Shown: positions 1 to 12,600 of the stretch, piece after piece
How the letters are laid out: each line of letters opens with the position of its first letter
How positions within the stretch are numbered: the first letter of the stretch is position 1
Position numbers and translations under genes: made by a program
Source: Amphiscolops sp. MND2022
Taxonomy: Eukaryota
Assembly (NCBI GenBank): GCA_964187785.1
Contig: OZ076409.1
Span: 57,352,001-57,416,000 of the forward strand
Length of the DNA: 64,000 nt
Direction of reading: 5' to 3'
Notes under the pieces: model-generated
What the model was told of the DNA's origin: nothing
Databases searched by the model: none
The model's input: the letters and a program-made list of their open reading frames with translations, nothing else

Positions 1-3000
1 ACAAAAGGGACGGCCTGTACCAATACATATTCAAAAATCGGTCAAACATGAATTGGAAAAGCTAATTGAAAAAGGACACCTAGAAAAAGCGGACAAAACC
101 ACGGAAAATTGTTTCATCTCACCGGCCGTTATCATAATAAAAAAGGACAAATCCGTGAAAATAGCACTTGAGTCAAGAAAGCTACACGAGGCATGTTTCA
201 AGAGAAAGGCGGCAATGCCAAACATGGAAGAACTAATCAGTAAAAGATCGGCAGAATTTACAAAAAAAGACAACGAGGAAGTTTGGATGTCTAAAATCGA
301 CTTGGATTACGTTTATGGGCAGGCAAAACTATCCAAAGAAGCGGTAAAACATTGCGTTTTCTCAATAATTGGAGGAGACTTCATTGGCCATTACCGATTC
401 AATAAAGGCTTTTATGGGCTGTCGGGTATCCCAACCGTATTCCAAGAACATATTGACAAAGTGCTGGAATTAAAAACAACGGTCTGGCTAGATGACATCA
501 TCTGTAAAACCAACGGAACAAATGACGAACACGAACGAGAAGTACGGGAAGTACTCAGCAAGTTACAAAACGCTGGATACAGAGCAAGCGAAAAGAAAAC
601 TGAACTCTTTAGATAAGAACTAACTTGGTTGGGTTACCATTAAAATCAAAGTGGAGTAAAGCCGATAAAAGACAAGACAGAAGCAAAAACAAAATTGAGC
701 GCCCCAAAGAATGCCAAAGAACTCAAATCCTTCCTGGGTTCGATACAACATTTGTCAAAAATTATAAACAACTTATCCAAGAAGACCGACAGAATGAGAA
801 AATTGTTGAAGAAAGAAATTCGTTTGGAGTGGACACCCAAAATAGATGAAGATTTCGAGAATCTGAAGAAAGAGATAACAGAATCGCCATGCCTTGCCCA
901 CTTCGACCCAAATAAAGACAACTATGTGACGACAGACGCTTGCAATACGGGGCTCGGGGCAACACTCTGGCAAAAAGAAGGAGAAATATTCAGAACAGTC
1001 GCATTCGCTAGTAGATTCCTCACTGATTGTGAGAGGAAATACGCTATTAATGAGCTAGAATTACTAGGAGCGTTATGGGGGTTGGAGTATTTCAGATATT
1101 ACGTTTACGGGAAGAAAGTCAACTTGTTAACCGATCATCAATCACTCCAACCGTTGTTCAAAAGAAATAGGGCGCACAAGCAGTATAGCGCTAGGCTAAC
1201 ACGGTGGTTGGATAGATTGAGCCACTTCGATGTAAACGTGCCGTATACTGCTGGAAAAAACATTCCGCTGACGGATTACTTAAGCCGACATCCGATCGTA
1301 AACACCGCTGAGAACGAAACGCAGAGGTCAAACCGAAACGGAATCCGAAGAAGAATTCGTGATAAATCAAATACACGGCGTATTCGATTTTATTCAAACG
1401 AACGGAAGCATAAAGAGATTCACGGAGCGGACCAAATCGAGACAAAAAGTTGACCAATCACAGCACGACATACGCAAGCGTGAACAGAACAAACAAAATC
1501 ATTCGCTCGAAGCCTCACTATCATTGAACGGTGCTAATCCAACTTCTTCGACAAAACTTTTAAATCTCAATCAATCCGCACCAGAAGCTAAAATGGACAA
1601 AGTCAATGGCATTGACATGCAATTTATTTATAAAAAGAGGGGCCACGCCCCGGATACTTACCGACTCTGGACGGAAAGAAAAGGTCTCCTAAACCCGGAA
1701 AAGACTAGAACAGTCGAAAAAGGAAGCGACCATGAAAGATCACAAGAATACCTGCCCCCACTGCAAGCACGAAAACGGATAGTGAAATTGAACATACAAA
1801 TATACAATCGCTTCTTCCACTACTGCGAAACCTGAGGAACAACACTGCTGAAAAATATCAACAAAACAACTACGAGTCATGGATCATCCAAAACTTATCC
1901 GATAATGAGAGTCAAGTGAGCATCATACGACAAAAAAATGCCCCACCGACGCACTCAAGAAATTCCGCCAGAATGAAACCGTCAATCTGATCCGGTTGAA
2001 ACAGACGGTCAAACCAACACAATGGACGACGAACATAATGAACACAATAAAGAAACAATGGAAAGAGCAGAGAAAGATTTCGCTCTTGATCTACCGATGC
2101 TTGTGGACGAGACGGCGAGGGGGGTAAAGATCTTGAGCGCTATTGCTGCCCTCGAAAAGAATCAGCCAGAAGACATATTCTACCCGTACCGCCCGCATAG
2201 AAGCCATCTAACTACCAGATTCGGCCTTCTCTTCTACAATGACAAGATCGTCATACCCGAAAATATGCGAACAACAATCATTGCCATGCTCCATCAAGGA
2301 CACCCGTCTGCAACTAAAATGGACCAATCAGCGGCAGCGTTCTGGTGGCCCGGTAGTTATCAAGAAATTCGTGAGAAGGCGGAAAACAGCCCCAGCTGCA
2401 GAGCCTCAGGTAACAACCTCGTAACATAATTACCGTCCACGGAGAAAAACAAGCTAGAAATTTTGTCCGAACCAAACCAAGAAATTCAATTGCACTTCGC
2501 TGGTCCAATAAAATCAAAGACTCGCAGCGATGTGTTTACTTTGGTGGCCGTCGACCGGCTTAGTAAATGGCCAACGGCTCAAATTTGTAAAAATACCGAT
2601 TCACGGACAGTTTTAATATTTTTAACGAAATATTGCTAAGACAACGGAACACCACGGATTATACGCACCGACAACGGTAGTTGTTTTAAAAGTAAGGAAT
2701 TCAAGGAATTTTGTAACCGAGGAGAAAATATAAAACGCATTAGATGCACACCGAATTTACACACCGGTACCGGCCAAGTGGAAAGAACCATACGGACAAT
2801 TAAGTCGCTAACTAGAGCAAATTTGGCCGACGGCTTAATATTCGAAGAGAGAGTTAATCTAGCAATTAAATTGATCAGACAAACTCCACATAGTAAATTA
2901 AACATGACGCCGTTCCAGATGCATTTCGGACGAAAACCTCTCACGGCGATAACTACTTTGATCGGACAACCTGAATATCTCTTGTCTACTTGAAAAAGAC

Positions 3001-4437
3001 ATTGACCAATTACATTTCAGCACAACCAACGGAGCTCCAATTGTTTACCAGAAACGATTCGGAAGGAGAAATTGCTGATTACATTGTCCGCAACGACTCC
3101 AAGAAAAGAGCTAGATCGGTAAGCCCGGAATTTAAACAGTACCAGTTTTTAAAATTTCTTCTTTAGCAGGAATAATTTTGTATTCTCAAACTTTCTACTT
3201 CTTTTTTTTCCGAACAATTTTTGTCGTGATACTGAATAATTCAGATCTTTTGTTCGGCAGTGACTGTAAGCGTGGGAAAGCTGCCGACAACAATTCAATT
3301 CTAGTGCGATGGAACGAGCGAGTGGTAATTAGCCATTCGTATGCTGACGTCATTGAGATGAAGCGAGCGAAAGTTCGTAATTGTGCTTTCGTTGCCCCGA
3401 AATATTGAGATGAAGCGAATGAGTGTTAATTATTCGTTCGTTGAGAGCTTCGCCTGCATTCAAATGCGAATGCGAAACTTCGTCTACGCTTAGTAGTTAT
3501 ATTTTCTTTGGTCCGAGAAGAATTAAAGGCGGTGTAAATTTGTACAGTGAATACATGTAATTGTGCGCTAAATAATGATTAAACAAGAGTGTATTGGTAT
3601 TCCAGATATGATTCTTTTATTAATGAATTTTTTTGTTAAAAAAATAAAGATTAAAGCAGAAATAGTACTGAGCCTCTGAGGGGCCTACTTTTTTTAAAAG
3701 AAAACAAACCGAACGCTTTGAAATGCAGATTCAAAACTAATAAACCATTAACGGCAGTAAAAGAGACTAAATATACTATAACTAGATCTGAAGGGAAAAC
3801 AATACACGAAAAACTAGCGTCAAAACCGATAAAGTTTCAGCTTTCAAGAAAACCGGAAGAAAGACGGAAACCAACAAACAGATGCCGCAGATGTGGAAAA
3901 TTCTGCCAAGGAGAATTCTGCGACACACACAAGAGAGTCTACGGAATCACAAAAAGCCCACAAGAACCGTGTAGTAGTTACACCCTACCGACAATGCCGC
4001 AGAAACGATCCACATATGGTGACATTATCACAGGTCATGCAGAAACGGACGCTCCAGAACCACAAGCCGCCACACCAGCGGACTAACAACACGAAGAACA
4101 AATCTCCACTGCAGAGGAAACACAACCGAATGAAGACAACATATCCGAAGCAAATACACCGCTACCTACCACACCGATCCAATGTAGTACCAGGCACTGT
4201 CCGCGTCCGTCCCAGAGGGAAGATGAACAACAGACCACACCGATACGAGCAACCGTTTTTGCCGAAGGGACGTCGGAAACGGAAATACCAAACAAAGAAA
4301 AAGGTAAAACCGAGATTAAAGAGATAATGTTGAAAAGTAATAAAGTAACATTTGAACAATCAACTGATCTTCGTAGATCAAACAGGACAAAGGGCGCTAG
4401 ACTAACCGAGAAATTAGGAGGGGTAGAGTATTTCTAA
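1..4437 (+). pseudogene. pol: Degenerate Ty3/Gypsy pol (RT, RNase H, integrase, C-terminal tail), 5' end outside the window
   Basis: ORF pieces give RT (ISPAVII..K..K, KIDL, WLDD), RNase H (TDAC..GLGA.L.Q, FASR, ELELL, TDH, DYLSR) and integrase (LHQGHP..FWWPG, TDNG, G.VER) in RT-RH-INT order, broken by many stops and frameshifts. Confidence 0.9.
3154..3688. mobile_element. Unclassified ~0.53-kb insertion interrupting the integrase C-terminus
   Basis: The pol frame (..QYQF) stops near 3150 and resumes (..KENKPNALKC) near 3690; TTTTTAAAA occurs at both junctions; composition differs from the flanks. Confidence 0.5.
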
Positions 4438-5810
4438 TATTGGTCGTTTAGGAATCATCTCCAGCCCACTTCGAAGATTCCTTACAACTCCCTTTCCGAG
4501 ACTAAAGGAGGGCACACAACAAACGGTACAAATTACCAAGAAACCCTCCGGAAGTCAGAAACATCCTTACCACATAACATTTAGCGCTGGTGCTACTTTT
4601 GAAAACAGTTGATCGTATAGTATACTCGAAACTTGTTACGTTCTTTGTTGTGAGATTCTAGTTTTTATTTCAACTTCTTACTTATCCCATTGGTCAATTA
4701 CATGGCGCAGTCAGCAATCTAATAGACACCCACTTAGACCCGAATACTTCGGTACAAGCGGCCCAACTGGCCGTGAATCAAACGATGATGAACCAGACAC
4801 CAGCAGACCGAACGGAGAAGAATAAATGCAAAGTCCCGATGTTATCGGACAGAGAGACTGATTTGACAAAACCCACGAATGTGGTGGGAGCAAATTTCCG
4901 AGTACATACATCTTACGTACAATCGGAATTTGGACGAAATGATGGATCAAGTTTGGTTGACTAGCTTTTCTCCGCTATAAAAGCTTTCCCATTCATTTTC
5001 GGATTCAATGTCTATGGTGTTTTTCAACATTTTACGTTGCCGATACAACATACAAAAGAGCAACATTCGATATTTGTTTTCATTTCACATAAAATAGTTA
5101 TGCTAAAAGACTCAACACTAGGAAAAAAATGTTATTGAAATGTAGCTTTGAAACGGAAGGACTGGGTGGTCAACGGGTTCACACCCGCAGTTTTGGAGGT
5201 TTTTAAGAGGGAAAATTAAGAACTTGATTCCACTGGAACTTCATTCTTGTTTTGATACGTTGATACTTTGTCTCGCTTTCTGTATTTCAATTCTTAAGGG
5301 AAGCACTAACTTCTACCGACTTGCAACGTTCCGACTAGTCACCATTTCCGTGTTTCATCATCTTTTTCTTTCGTTGAACTATTCTTTAGTCGTATTGGCA
5401 TAGCTAACACAGGAGCTAGTGGGCTTTACCTTGAAAAGAAGTTAGGTTTCACTTTTTCACTTGGTAATAGTTCAGTGAGTGTTTCAACTGCTTTCAAAAG
5501 TTTGACTTCGGGAGTTCCTTATCGTTTTTTTCTTGAAAGTAGAATCTTCATTGCAATCAATCAAAATGTCCCTTTAGTTCATTAACAAAGATTGTTTCAA
5601 AATGAAGATGTTTATAGTGCAACTCTAATATTGAAATTTCGCAATAGTTGACACGACTTGAAGTGGATGATTGTCTACAACACATTATTGGGGACAAAAA
5701 GTTATTGTTGTTAAGAAGCTTGATCTCATGAAACACTATGTTATTCGACAAAGGTTTCCACTAATCTCTATTTCAAACATGAAGCTAACTGTTCAATACG
5801 TATTTACAAC

Positions 5811-6245
5811 AAACAAGCCGGGACCGGCCAAGTCGGCACCATATCCAAGGCTCAAAAAAAGCAAAAAGACTTCCAAGTGTCAAGTATTCTCTTTTACAGT
5901 ACTCGAAAATCGAAAATTTTTCGAAAAATAAATGGACCGAGGAGTGGCGCGCCGGGGCTGGCGCGCTAAAGTCTCACAATGCCGAAAAACTGAAAGGGGG
6001 ACCCTTTGAGGTTTCTCAACATCCATTTTGTCGCAAAAACATGAAAAAATTGAAGAAAACAAAAATTTTTATTTTCGGAAAAAGTCTCAGTGCCGAAAAA
6101 AAATTGAAAGGGGGGACCCTTTGGGATTTTCCAACATCCATTCTGTCGCAAAACAGCAAAAAATTTGAAGGGGGACCCTTTGGGCAAAAAAAAAATTTTC
6201 CGGAAAAAAAGTCTCGCAGTGCCGAAAAAAATTGGAAGGGGGGAC
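5811..6245 (+). repeat. 5' part of a dispersed Helentron/HINE-like repeat split by element A (3' part at 25457-25652)
   Basis: Begins ACAAGCCGGGACCGGCCAAGTCGGC; resumes after the 3' LTR and ends GCGCCGACTAAAAA; an uninterrupted reverse-strand copy lies at 36945-37428. Confidence 0.7.
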
Positions 6246-8427
6246 TGTCATGCCAGCATGATGGAAATATAATCTACTAAATATCTGTAATGTAAATATT
6301 ATGTCTTATGTACTTAGATATGGGCAATATGAAGTCATATAATAAGAGCCATGGTTGTGAGCAACCCTACGTTACTTGTACCTTAATCCCTTCCCCCCCT
6401 GAGTGTGAGTTATATATATATATATATCTATTTAATACTGAGCGCTCTAGTTCCGGTGTCCGCATAAATGATCTTGCCATTAGCCTTAGATGTGCTACTT
6501 TTCTTAAAATATTGGTTTGTCACGACAAGGGAGAGAAGTTTTCCGGTCAGACTGGACCGCGAGATATAGAAACGATGAAAGTTATAACTTCTACTAGCTC
6601 CCCGCCTCAGAGTTTGTAGTTGTGACAAATTTCATTAAAAAACACATCACAAAATCATCGTCTAATTTAGTGATTGTTCTGATTTGATTTCATTTAAATC
6701 CATCAGCGGATTTACTGATGCTGTTAACAAAGTTCATCACAATCCAATCTCCAAGATTGCGAATGAACCACGCATGGGACAATAAACTTTACTTTTCATC
6801 ATAAATCCATCAGCGGATTTTACGGGACTCATTTTAGTAAAACTCATCACTAATTCATCGTTATATTTCATGTAGAAACTCACAAATGTGCTTCTCATTT
6901 CTTAAGGACAGTAAAACATCCTTTATTCATCGTCATACTAGCATAGAAGAGAAATGAGAAAGTACATCCTTAACCCATCCTAAAAAAGAGTGATTGCGCT
7001 GGTTATCTGATTTGTTTAGTAAATCCATCATTAATTCATCATGATTTCACCTTGTGTTGAGAATTACCATTTTAGTGGATGAGTTCATCCTAAACTCATC
7101 GCTAGTTTGAATTGCTTCGATAGTTGCTGTTTTAATTCACGAGTTCATCCTAGACTCATCACTAGTTTGAATTGCTTCGAGATTTGCTGTTTTTATTCAC
7201 GAGTTCATCTTAAATTCATCGCCAAAACTGATCTGCGCTAGAAATAGCATTTTCTGAGTGGATTCATCCTGAATTCATCGTCATTTTAATCAGTGCTGGT
7301 AATTGGCAAATTTTATGGGGAGTTCATCCTTTTATTATCGTCAGTTTATATCGTGTTGATTTTCGAGCGAAAAGACCACCATTCATCGCATTTTCATCCA
7401 GAGCTAAACTAGATTTGAAAATCAGCAAATATTCTGACAAATTCATCGCATTTCCATCTTTTGTTTTGAAGTATTGATTTTAGTGCTATAATTAGTTGGA
7501 AAACATCGTTTTCCCATCCTGTGATACGGTTTACTCTGGTTTGACTTGAAATTAGTACATTATTGAATGATTTGAGTTGCTATAGAAACCACGATGCTGC
7601 GTGCAGGTAATTGCGACATTGTAAAATGATGATTAATCATAATTAGCATATGTAGATGTACCATGTGGTTCAGCCAACTTGCGGCAGTTCACAACACCGG
7701 TCACGTGACTTACCAATTAGCACCAACTGGCAATAGCCAATAAGAGGCGGCTGGTAAGAGATTTAGCGTCTTTTCAGCCTGAAAAGACACGTGAACTGCT
7801 GTAAATTGGACCGCCATTAAACATTACTCAGACAGAAAATACATCTCTATTTCATCACTGAAAACTGCAAAATCGCAAGCTAACTACTCTCTCGGTACAT
7901 CTGCAACTGCGATGAAAATTGGATGAACTTTCCTACTCATCTTACTAATTTCCTGCTACTTTCCTGACGACTTGTTTATTTGTACTAATCATCGATAAAA
8001 CATCTCTGTTCAAATTTAGTGAATTGGAGATCATAAATTTAGACAAAACAGCAAAATACATCGAAATAACATCTCAGGTAATCCAGTCTTTACTCATAAT
8101 CCTTTTCTCCCATCTCTATGAACTCAGATCAAGGCACTGAACTCAGGAGCGGAAGAATTATTAGTTCCTCGTTAGAAACACCCGTTCCAACCGATCCAGA
8201 CATGGCCCAGTCGTCCGCCAATGACTCCGACAACAATGAAACTTCAGATATCTCGTCCCAGTTGTCTGAAATAAGAGAGAGTTATGAAAGAAAGATAAAC
8301 GAACTACAAAATGAGTTTAGCCAACTGAAGGACTTAATGATGGCTGTCATAAGTAAGACAGACAGTGAAAATCGACCATCAACTTCGAAAGGTCCTTCAA
8401 AGCTGGCCCACACGGTTGGGCTCGACA
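6246..8427 (+). repeat. 5' LTR of element A (2182 bp)
   Basis: TGTCATGCC...GGCTCGACA; direct repeat of 23229-25456; followed immediately by the PBS. Confidence 0.97.
7081..7520 (+). repeat. Degenerate ~59-60-bp tandem array with conserved CATC-N7-CATC core inside the LTR
   Basis: About 8 consecutive units starting e.g. GAGTTCATCCTAAACTCATC, GAGTTCATCCTAGACTCATC, GAGTTCATCTTAAATTCATC, ATTCATCGCATTTTCATC. Confidence 0.85.
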
Positions 8428-9626
8428 TGGTGACAGGAGTTACAGAAACCCGCTCCACCCGCCCGACATCCAGCTTCACAAACTTCAGGCGATACCAAGA
8501 AGACGACTCGGACGAAGAAGGTGAATCAACTCCTAGAAGCAATGAGGAACGACTACTCAATGCAATCGAGACGATCCCCCAACGAATCAAAAGCACCACC
8601 ACCAACACGAAATTACTACAGACACACGTCCCAAATTTCAGATGCCAAAAAGACAAATTCGTGGAATTCGAGCACCTTCTCCTCAACCACCTTAGCCCGC
8701 TCGCCAACAAAATCACCGAAGAGAGCAAACTCCACTTCTTTCAAAGCCTTTTGAGAGATGATGCAATAGAGTACTGGCAATCCATCCAGATAACACCACT
8801 AACAACGCTGAAAGATGTGCTCGACCTCTTCAGGAAAGAATTCGCGAAAGAGGATCTTAAAGAAGTAGCTCGATACAAATGGGATCAAGCCCGTTACGAT
8901 CCCACCACAGAAACATTCAGCGACTTCCTCAAAAACTTGAAAAAGATTGCGAAACAAGCATTTGGGGAAGAAGCGGACAAAATCATCAAGATGTTCTTGT
9001 TCGGCAAACTCCCAGTCGAAATACAACAAGAACTTACGATGGCCAATAAGGAGGAGAGCTCACCAGAAGAAATCAAGACATACTTGATGAGAAAGTACCA
9101 GTACCAGCAGTACGTCGCGCCACCTACGGCAATCCAACCATTCAACGCGGTCACCTCCTCAGCCCCAGCAACGATTACAACGACGAAGCCCACAACAACA
9201 ACGACGACAACACAACCGACAGAACGAAAACGATTTGAGGGACAATGCTTCTACTGCGGAAAGACAGGTCACCGCAAAACAGAATGCCGCGCCCGACAAC
9301 GTGACGAAGCAAACGGCATTAAGAAAGAAGATGCAATTCCGATGAAGAAAGCAGCAGACCCAGACAAACCGAAATACAATCCGAAGTTGGTCTGTCAGAT
9401 TTGTGGATACACGGGCCACTCAGCCAGAGATTGCAGACGACGCGTTCCCAAGGAAAGCAGCTCTGCATATGGAAAGATTTCATACACAACGAATTCACAG
9501 GACGACAACAAGGCTAGACGACAAGATTTAAAACGACAGCAAAAGCCGATGAATCCAATACAAGCAATTACTGAAGACGACGAACAACTAAGCTACTCTG
9601 ATGAAGACATTAACCAGGGTTTTTGA
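8118..9626 (+). CDS. gag: Gag (502 aa) with two CCHC zinc knuckles; first ~103 codons lie inside the 5' LTR
   Basis: CFYCGKTGHRKTEC and CQICGYTGHSARDC; retrotransposon-gag-like core (KLHFFQSLLRDDAIEYW); position upstream of pol. Confidence 0.95.
   Translation: MNSDQGTELRSGRIISSSLETPVPTDPDMAQSSANDSDNNETSDISSQLSEIRESYERKINELQNEFSQLKDLMMAVISKTDSENRPSTSKGPSKLAHTVGLDMVTGVTETRSTRPTSSFTNFRRYQEDDSDEEGESTPRSNEERLLNAIETIPQRIKSTTTNTKLLQTHVPNFRCQKDKFVEFEHLLLNHLSPLANKITEESKLHFFQSLLRDDAIEYWQSIQITPLTTLKDVLDLFRKEFAKEDLKEVARYKWDQARYDPTTETFSDFLKNLKKIAKQAFGEEADKIIKMFLFGKLPVEIQQELTMANKEESSPEEIKTYLMRKYQYQQYVAPPTAIQPFNAVTSSAPATITTTKPTTTTTTTQPTERKRFEGQCFYCGKTGHRKTECRARQRDEANGIKKEDAIPMKKAADPDKPKYNPKLVCQICGYTGHSARDCRRRVPKESSSAYGKISYTTNSQDDNKARRQDLKRQQKPMNPIQAITEDDEQLSYSDEDINQGF
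8428..8439 (+). other. Primer-binding site TGGTGACAGGAG (tRNA-Leu-like)
   Basis: Starts with TGG directly after the LTR CA end; identical 12-mer after the LTR of element B (53815-53826); one mismatch to the familiar tRNA-Leu PBS TGGTGTCAGGAG. tRNA identity is inferred. Confidence 0.85.
9617..9623 (+). other. Predicted -1 ribosomal frameshift slippery site G GGT TTT at the gag/pol junction
   Basis: X XXY YYZ heptamer directly before the gag TGA; pol is in the -1 frame. Confidence 0.8.
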
Positions 9627-12600
9627 TTCAGCCACGATTTCCGCCCGCTACAAATGACACGCGCGACAACCGACTAACGACTCAACAACCGACTCACAAC
9701 CGTCCAATGAAGAAATGGCAGCCTTCACAGGACAAACGACCGAAAGCTGATGATGTCTATCAGCGAAGAATTTTCAACGATAAAAAAGCGATGGGAAATG
9801 CACGTCAACTCAACGGCAGCCGCTTTTCTCCACTCGCTGAAATCAACGATGAACAAACGATGAACTGGCAACCAGACACCATGAGGCAGGTGGAAGATGC
9901 CAAAGAGATGGAAACCAACCATCTAGACGACGACTCAACTTCACACTCAACTATCGACCAACGGCTTAGTATTAAAAAACATGCAAAACAGAGTAGTATT
10001 AAAGTTTCAAAAGCTAAAAAACATGCAACTAAAACAGAAATTCACGTTCTCAGTCCCACTTTACACTTAAACAAGAAAGATAAAATGCTTTACGTCCCTC
10101 TTCAGTTTGACAAATATGAAAACAGCGCACTTTTAGATACAGGCGCAATTCAAAGTGCAATGTCTGAAGCAGAATTGCGAAAAATAACAACGGCTCATCC
10201 AGAAGCCATCCTTCAAGAACTCCCCCCTCCGAATTTCAAAATTCAAATAGCAAACGGGAACTTAGTCCCAGTACGTAAGCAAGTCTTACTTAGATTTTAC
10301 GTTGCTGGAAAAGTCTTTGAAGAAACGTTCCTAATCCTTCCAACAATGGGCACAATTTTAATTGGAATGTCCTTCTTTGAAAAGTACTCAGTCAATTTAG
10401 ACATAAAAAACCACCTTGTCCACTTCCCTAATCACATGATGTCCATGCAAGTTAGACAGCAAAAGAACAACAGATTCAAAACTGGTTTAATTGATTGGTG
10501 TTCCAGTACCAGAACAGTGATCCCTCCTCTCCATCAAGTGATGATACAGGTCCACAGCGACGCGGACATCTCACTTACAACTGGTACAGTTGAGGGCTCA
10601 CCTGGATTCATGCGAAAGACGTGTTTGCTTGTTTCCCCAGCTTTGGTTGACCTAGACGAGGGCAAGACGACAACCCAGGTCACCAACCCGAACAACCACA
10701 CGTTCACATTTGATGCCAACACCACTCTGGCACACTTTCGCATACCGACACCACATCAGGCGGCAAACATCACACCCATGCCAGTCGAACACTTGAACCT
10801 GATCACCAAGTACCCAGATGAGGCGGAAGCAGTGATCAACCAACTGTTCGTGAACCCTAAAATGAAGTCAACTAAGTGGTACCCAACTCCCGAGACGTGC
10901 AGTGAGCCAGACAAACTCAACGCAATTGAGCGACGAATCTATGATGAGATTCTGGCACTACGAGAGCTCGAGAAGCTTGACCCGTCCCAATCCGATGAAC
11001 AACGGATGAACTTCCTGAAGAACTTCAACTGGGACGACTCGCTTCTTACTCGGTCTCAACGGTTACAGGTAGAGGAGTTGCTGGTAAAGTTCAACTCCAT
11101 TTTTGCTAGACATCGTTTTGATATCGGCATGAACACTGATTTTATAGTTAAGCTAACACCCCAACATGAAGAACCTGTTTATTCACAAAGTCTCCCTACT
11201 CCGACAAATTTGAAGGACGATTTGCTCGTGGAGTTAGCTTTAATGCAAGAGTACGGGATCATAACTACTTTGCCTCATAGCGAATACTCATCTCCGATAT
11301 TTGCTCAACGTAAACCAAATGGTAAATTGAGGATTTTAGTTGACTTGAGAAGAATAAACCACTTGATCAAAAACGATTACGGTGAACACAACCATCCCTT
11401 AACAACAATTGCTGATGCTGCCCAACACATGGCCGGGAAAAAGTATTTCTGTAAACTTGATTGTTCCCAGGCCTACCATTGCATTCCAATGGCCGATGAG
11501 CAGTCTGTCCAACTGTTATCGTTTAATTTTGGTTCTAGAACTTTTGCCTTTTTACGCCTGGCCCAAGGTCTTAACCGTTCATTGTCAGCATTCACAAGTG
11601 TAGTCCGTGAGTATTTGGACCCCTTGGTCAAAGCGGACCGATGTGCTCAATATGTTGATGACATTGGAATTGCAGCACACACCCCTGACGAACTGATTAA
11701 TAACCTTGAACTTGTTTTTCAGCAGCTGAACAAAGCCGGTCTTAAACTTAGCATGAGTAAATGTGAATTTGGACAAAAGCAATATGAGTACTTGGGAAAA
11801 ACCATTTCTAGCACCGGTATTGCTCCCATTGAGAAACGAGTAACTGACTATCTGACCAAATTGAAACCCCCCAACTCAGTGAAAGCATTGCAACGTTATC
11901 TTGGTTTTGTAAACTTTTACAGGTCTTATATTCCCCGACTAGCTGATAAAACTTGTTGTTTACAGGAATTGATCAAGAAGGACGTCCCTTTCAAACTGAA
12001 TCAACAACATAAAGACGCTATTTTTGAAATCAATGAAAGTTTGTTAAAAGCAACAAAAGTGTCTCCGAAATTGCCATTACCTGATAAACAATTGGTAATC
12101 ATGTGTGACGCCAGCGAACACGCTGCCGGCTATGTTTTGTTAATTGAGGACTATGCTGACCCGTCAGTCAAACAAACATACGCCCCTGTTGCATTTGGCT
12201 CTAAGAAATTTCAGGGCGGCCAGATGTCTCTAACAATGTATGCCAAAGAGTTTTTAGCTATGCACTTTGCCTTCGATGAATTTGGCCACATTCTGTGGGG
12301 TGCGAAAAAACCCATCAATGTTATGACTGACAATAAGGCCTTGACTAGATTTTTTCAGGCGAAGCATACCCCGCCTTCACTTTGGAATTTTTGCGATCAA
12401 ACCCTTCAGTTCAATTTTTTATTAGCACATGTTCCAGGAGTTGAAAATCCCGCAGCGGATTACTTATCTCGGCTTGAGATTAGACCTGAAGACCGTGTAC
12501 ATTTAAAATTGACTGATACTATTCCAATTCACAGGATCGAGATCGACATCGCCTCCCGTACACCAAAACAGGAGGAAGACGAGCCTGATTACTTTCCCGC

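Noticed and set aside
5260..5760. Similarity to 26580-27130 as an outer pair of LTRs or a segmental duplication around element A
   Set aside because: Diverged, no TG...CA ends or TSD; most simply two copies of another dispersed repeat.
7081..7520. Regularly spaced repeats resembling a CRISPR array
   Set aside because: Eukaryotic LTR context, degenerate repeats with related spacers, no cas genes.
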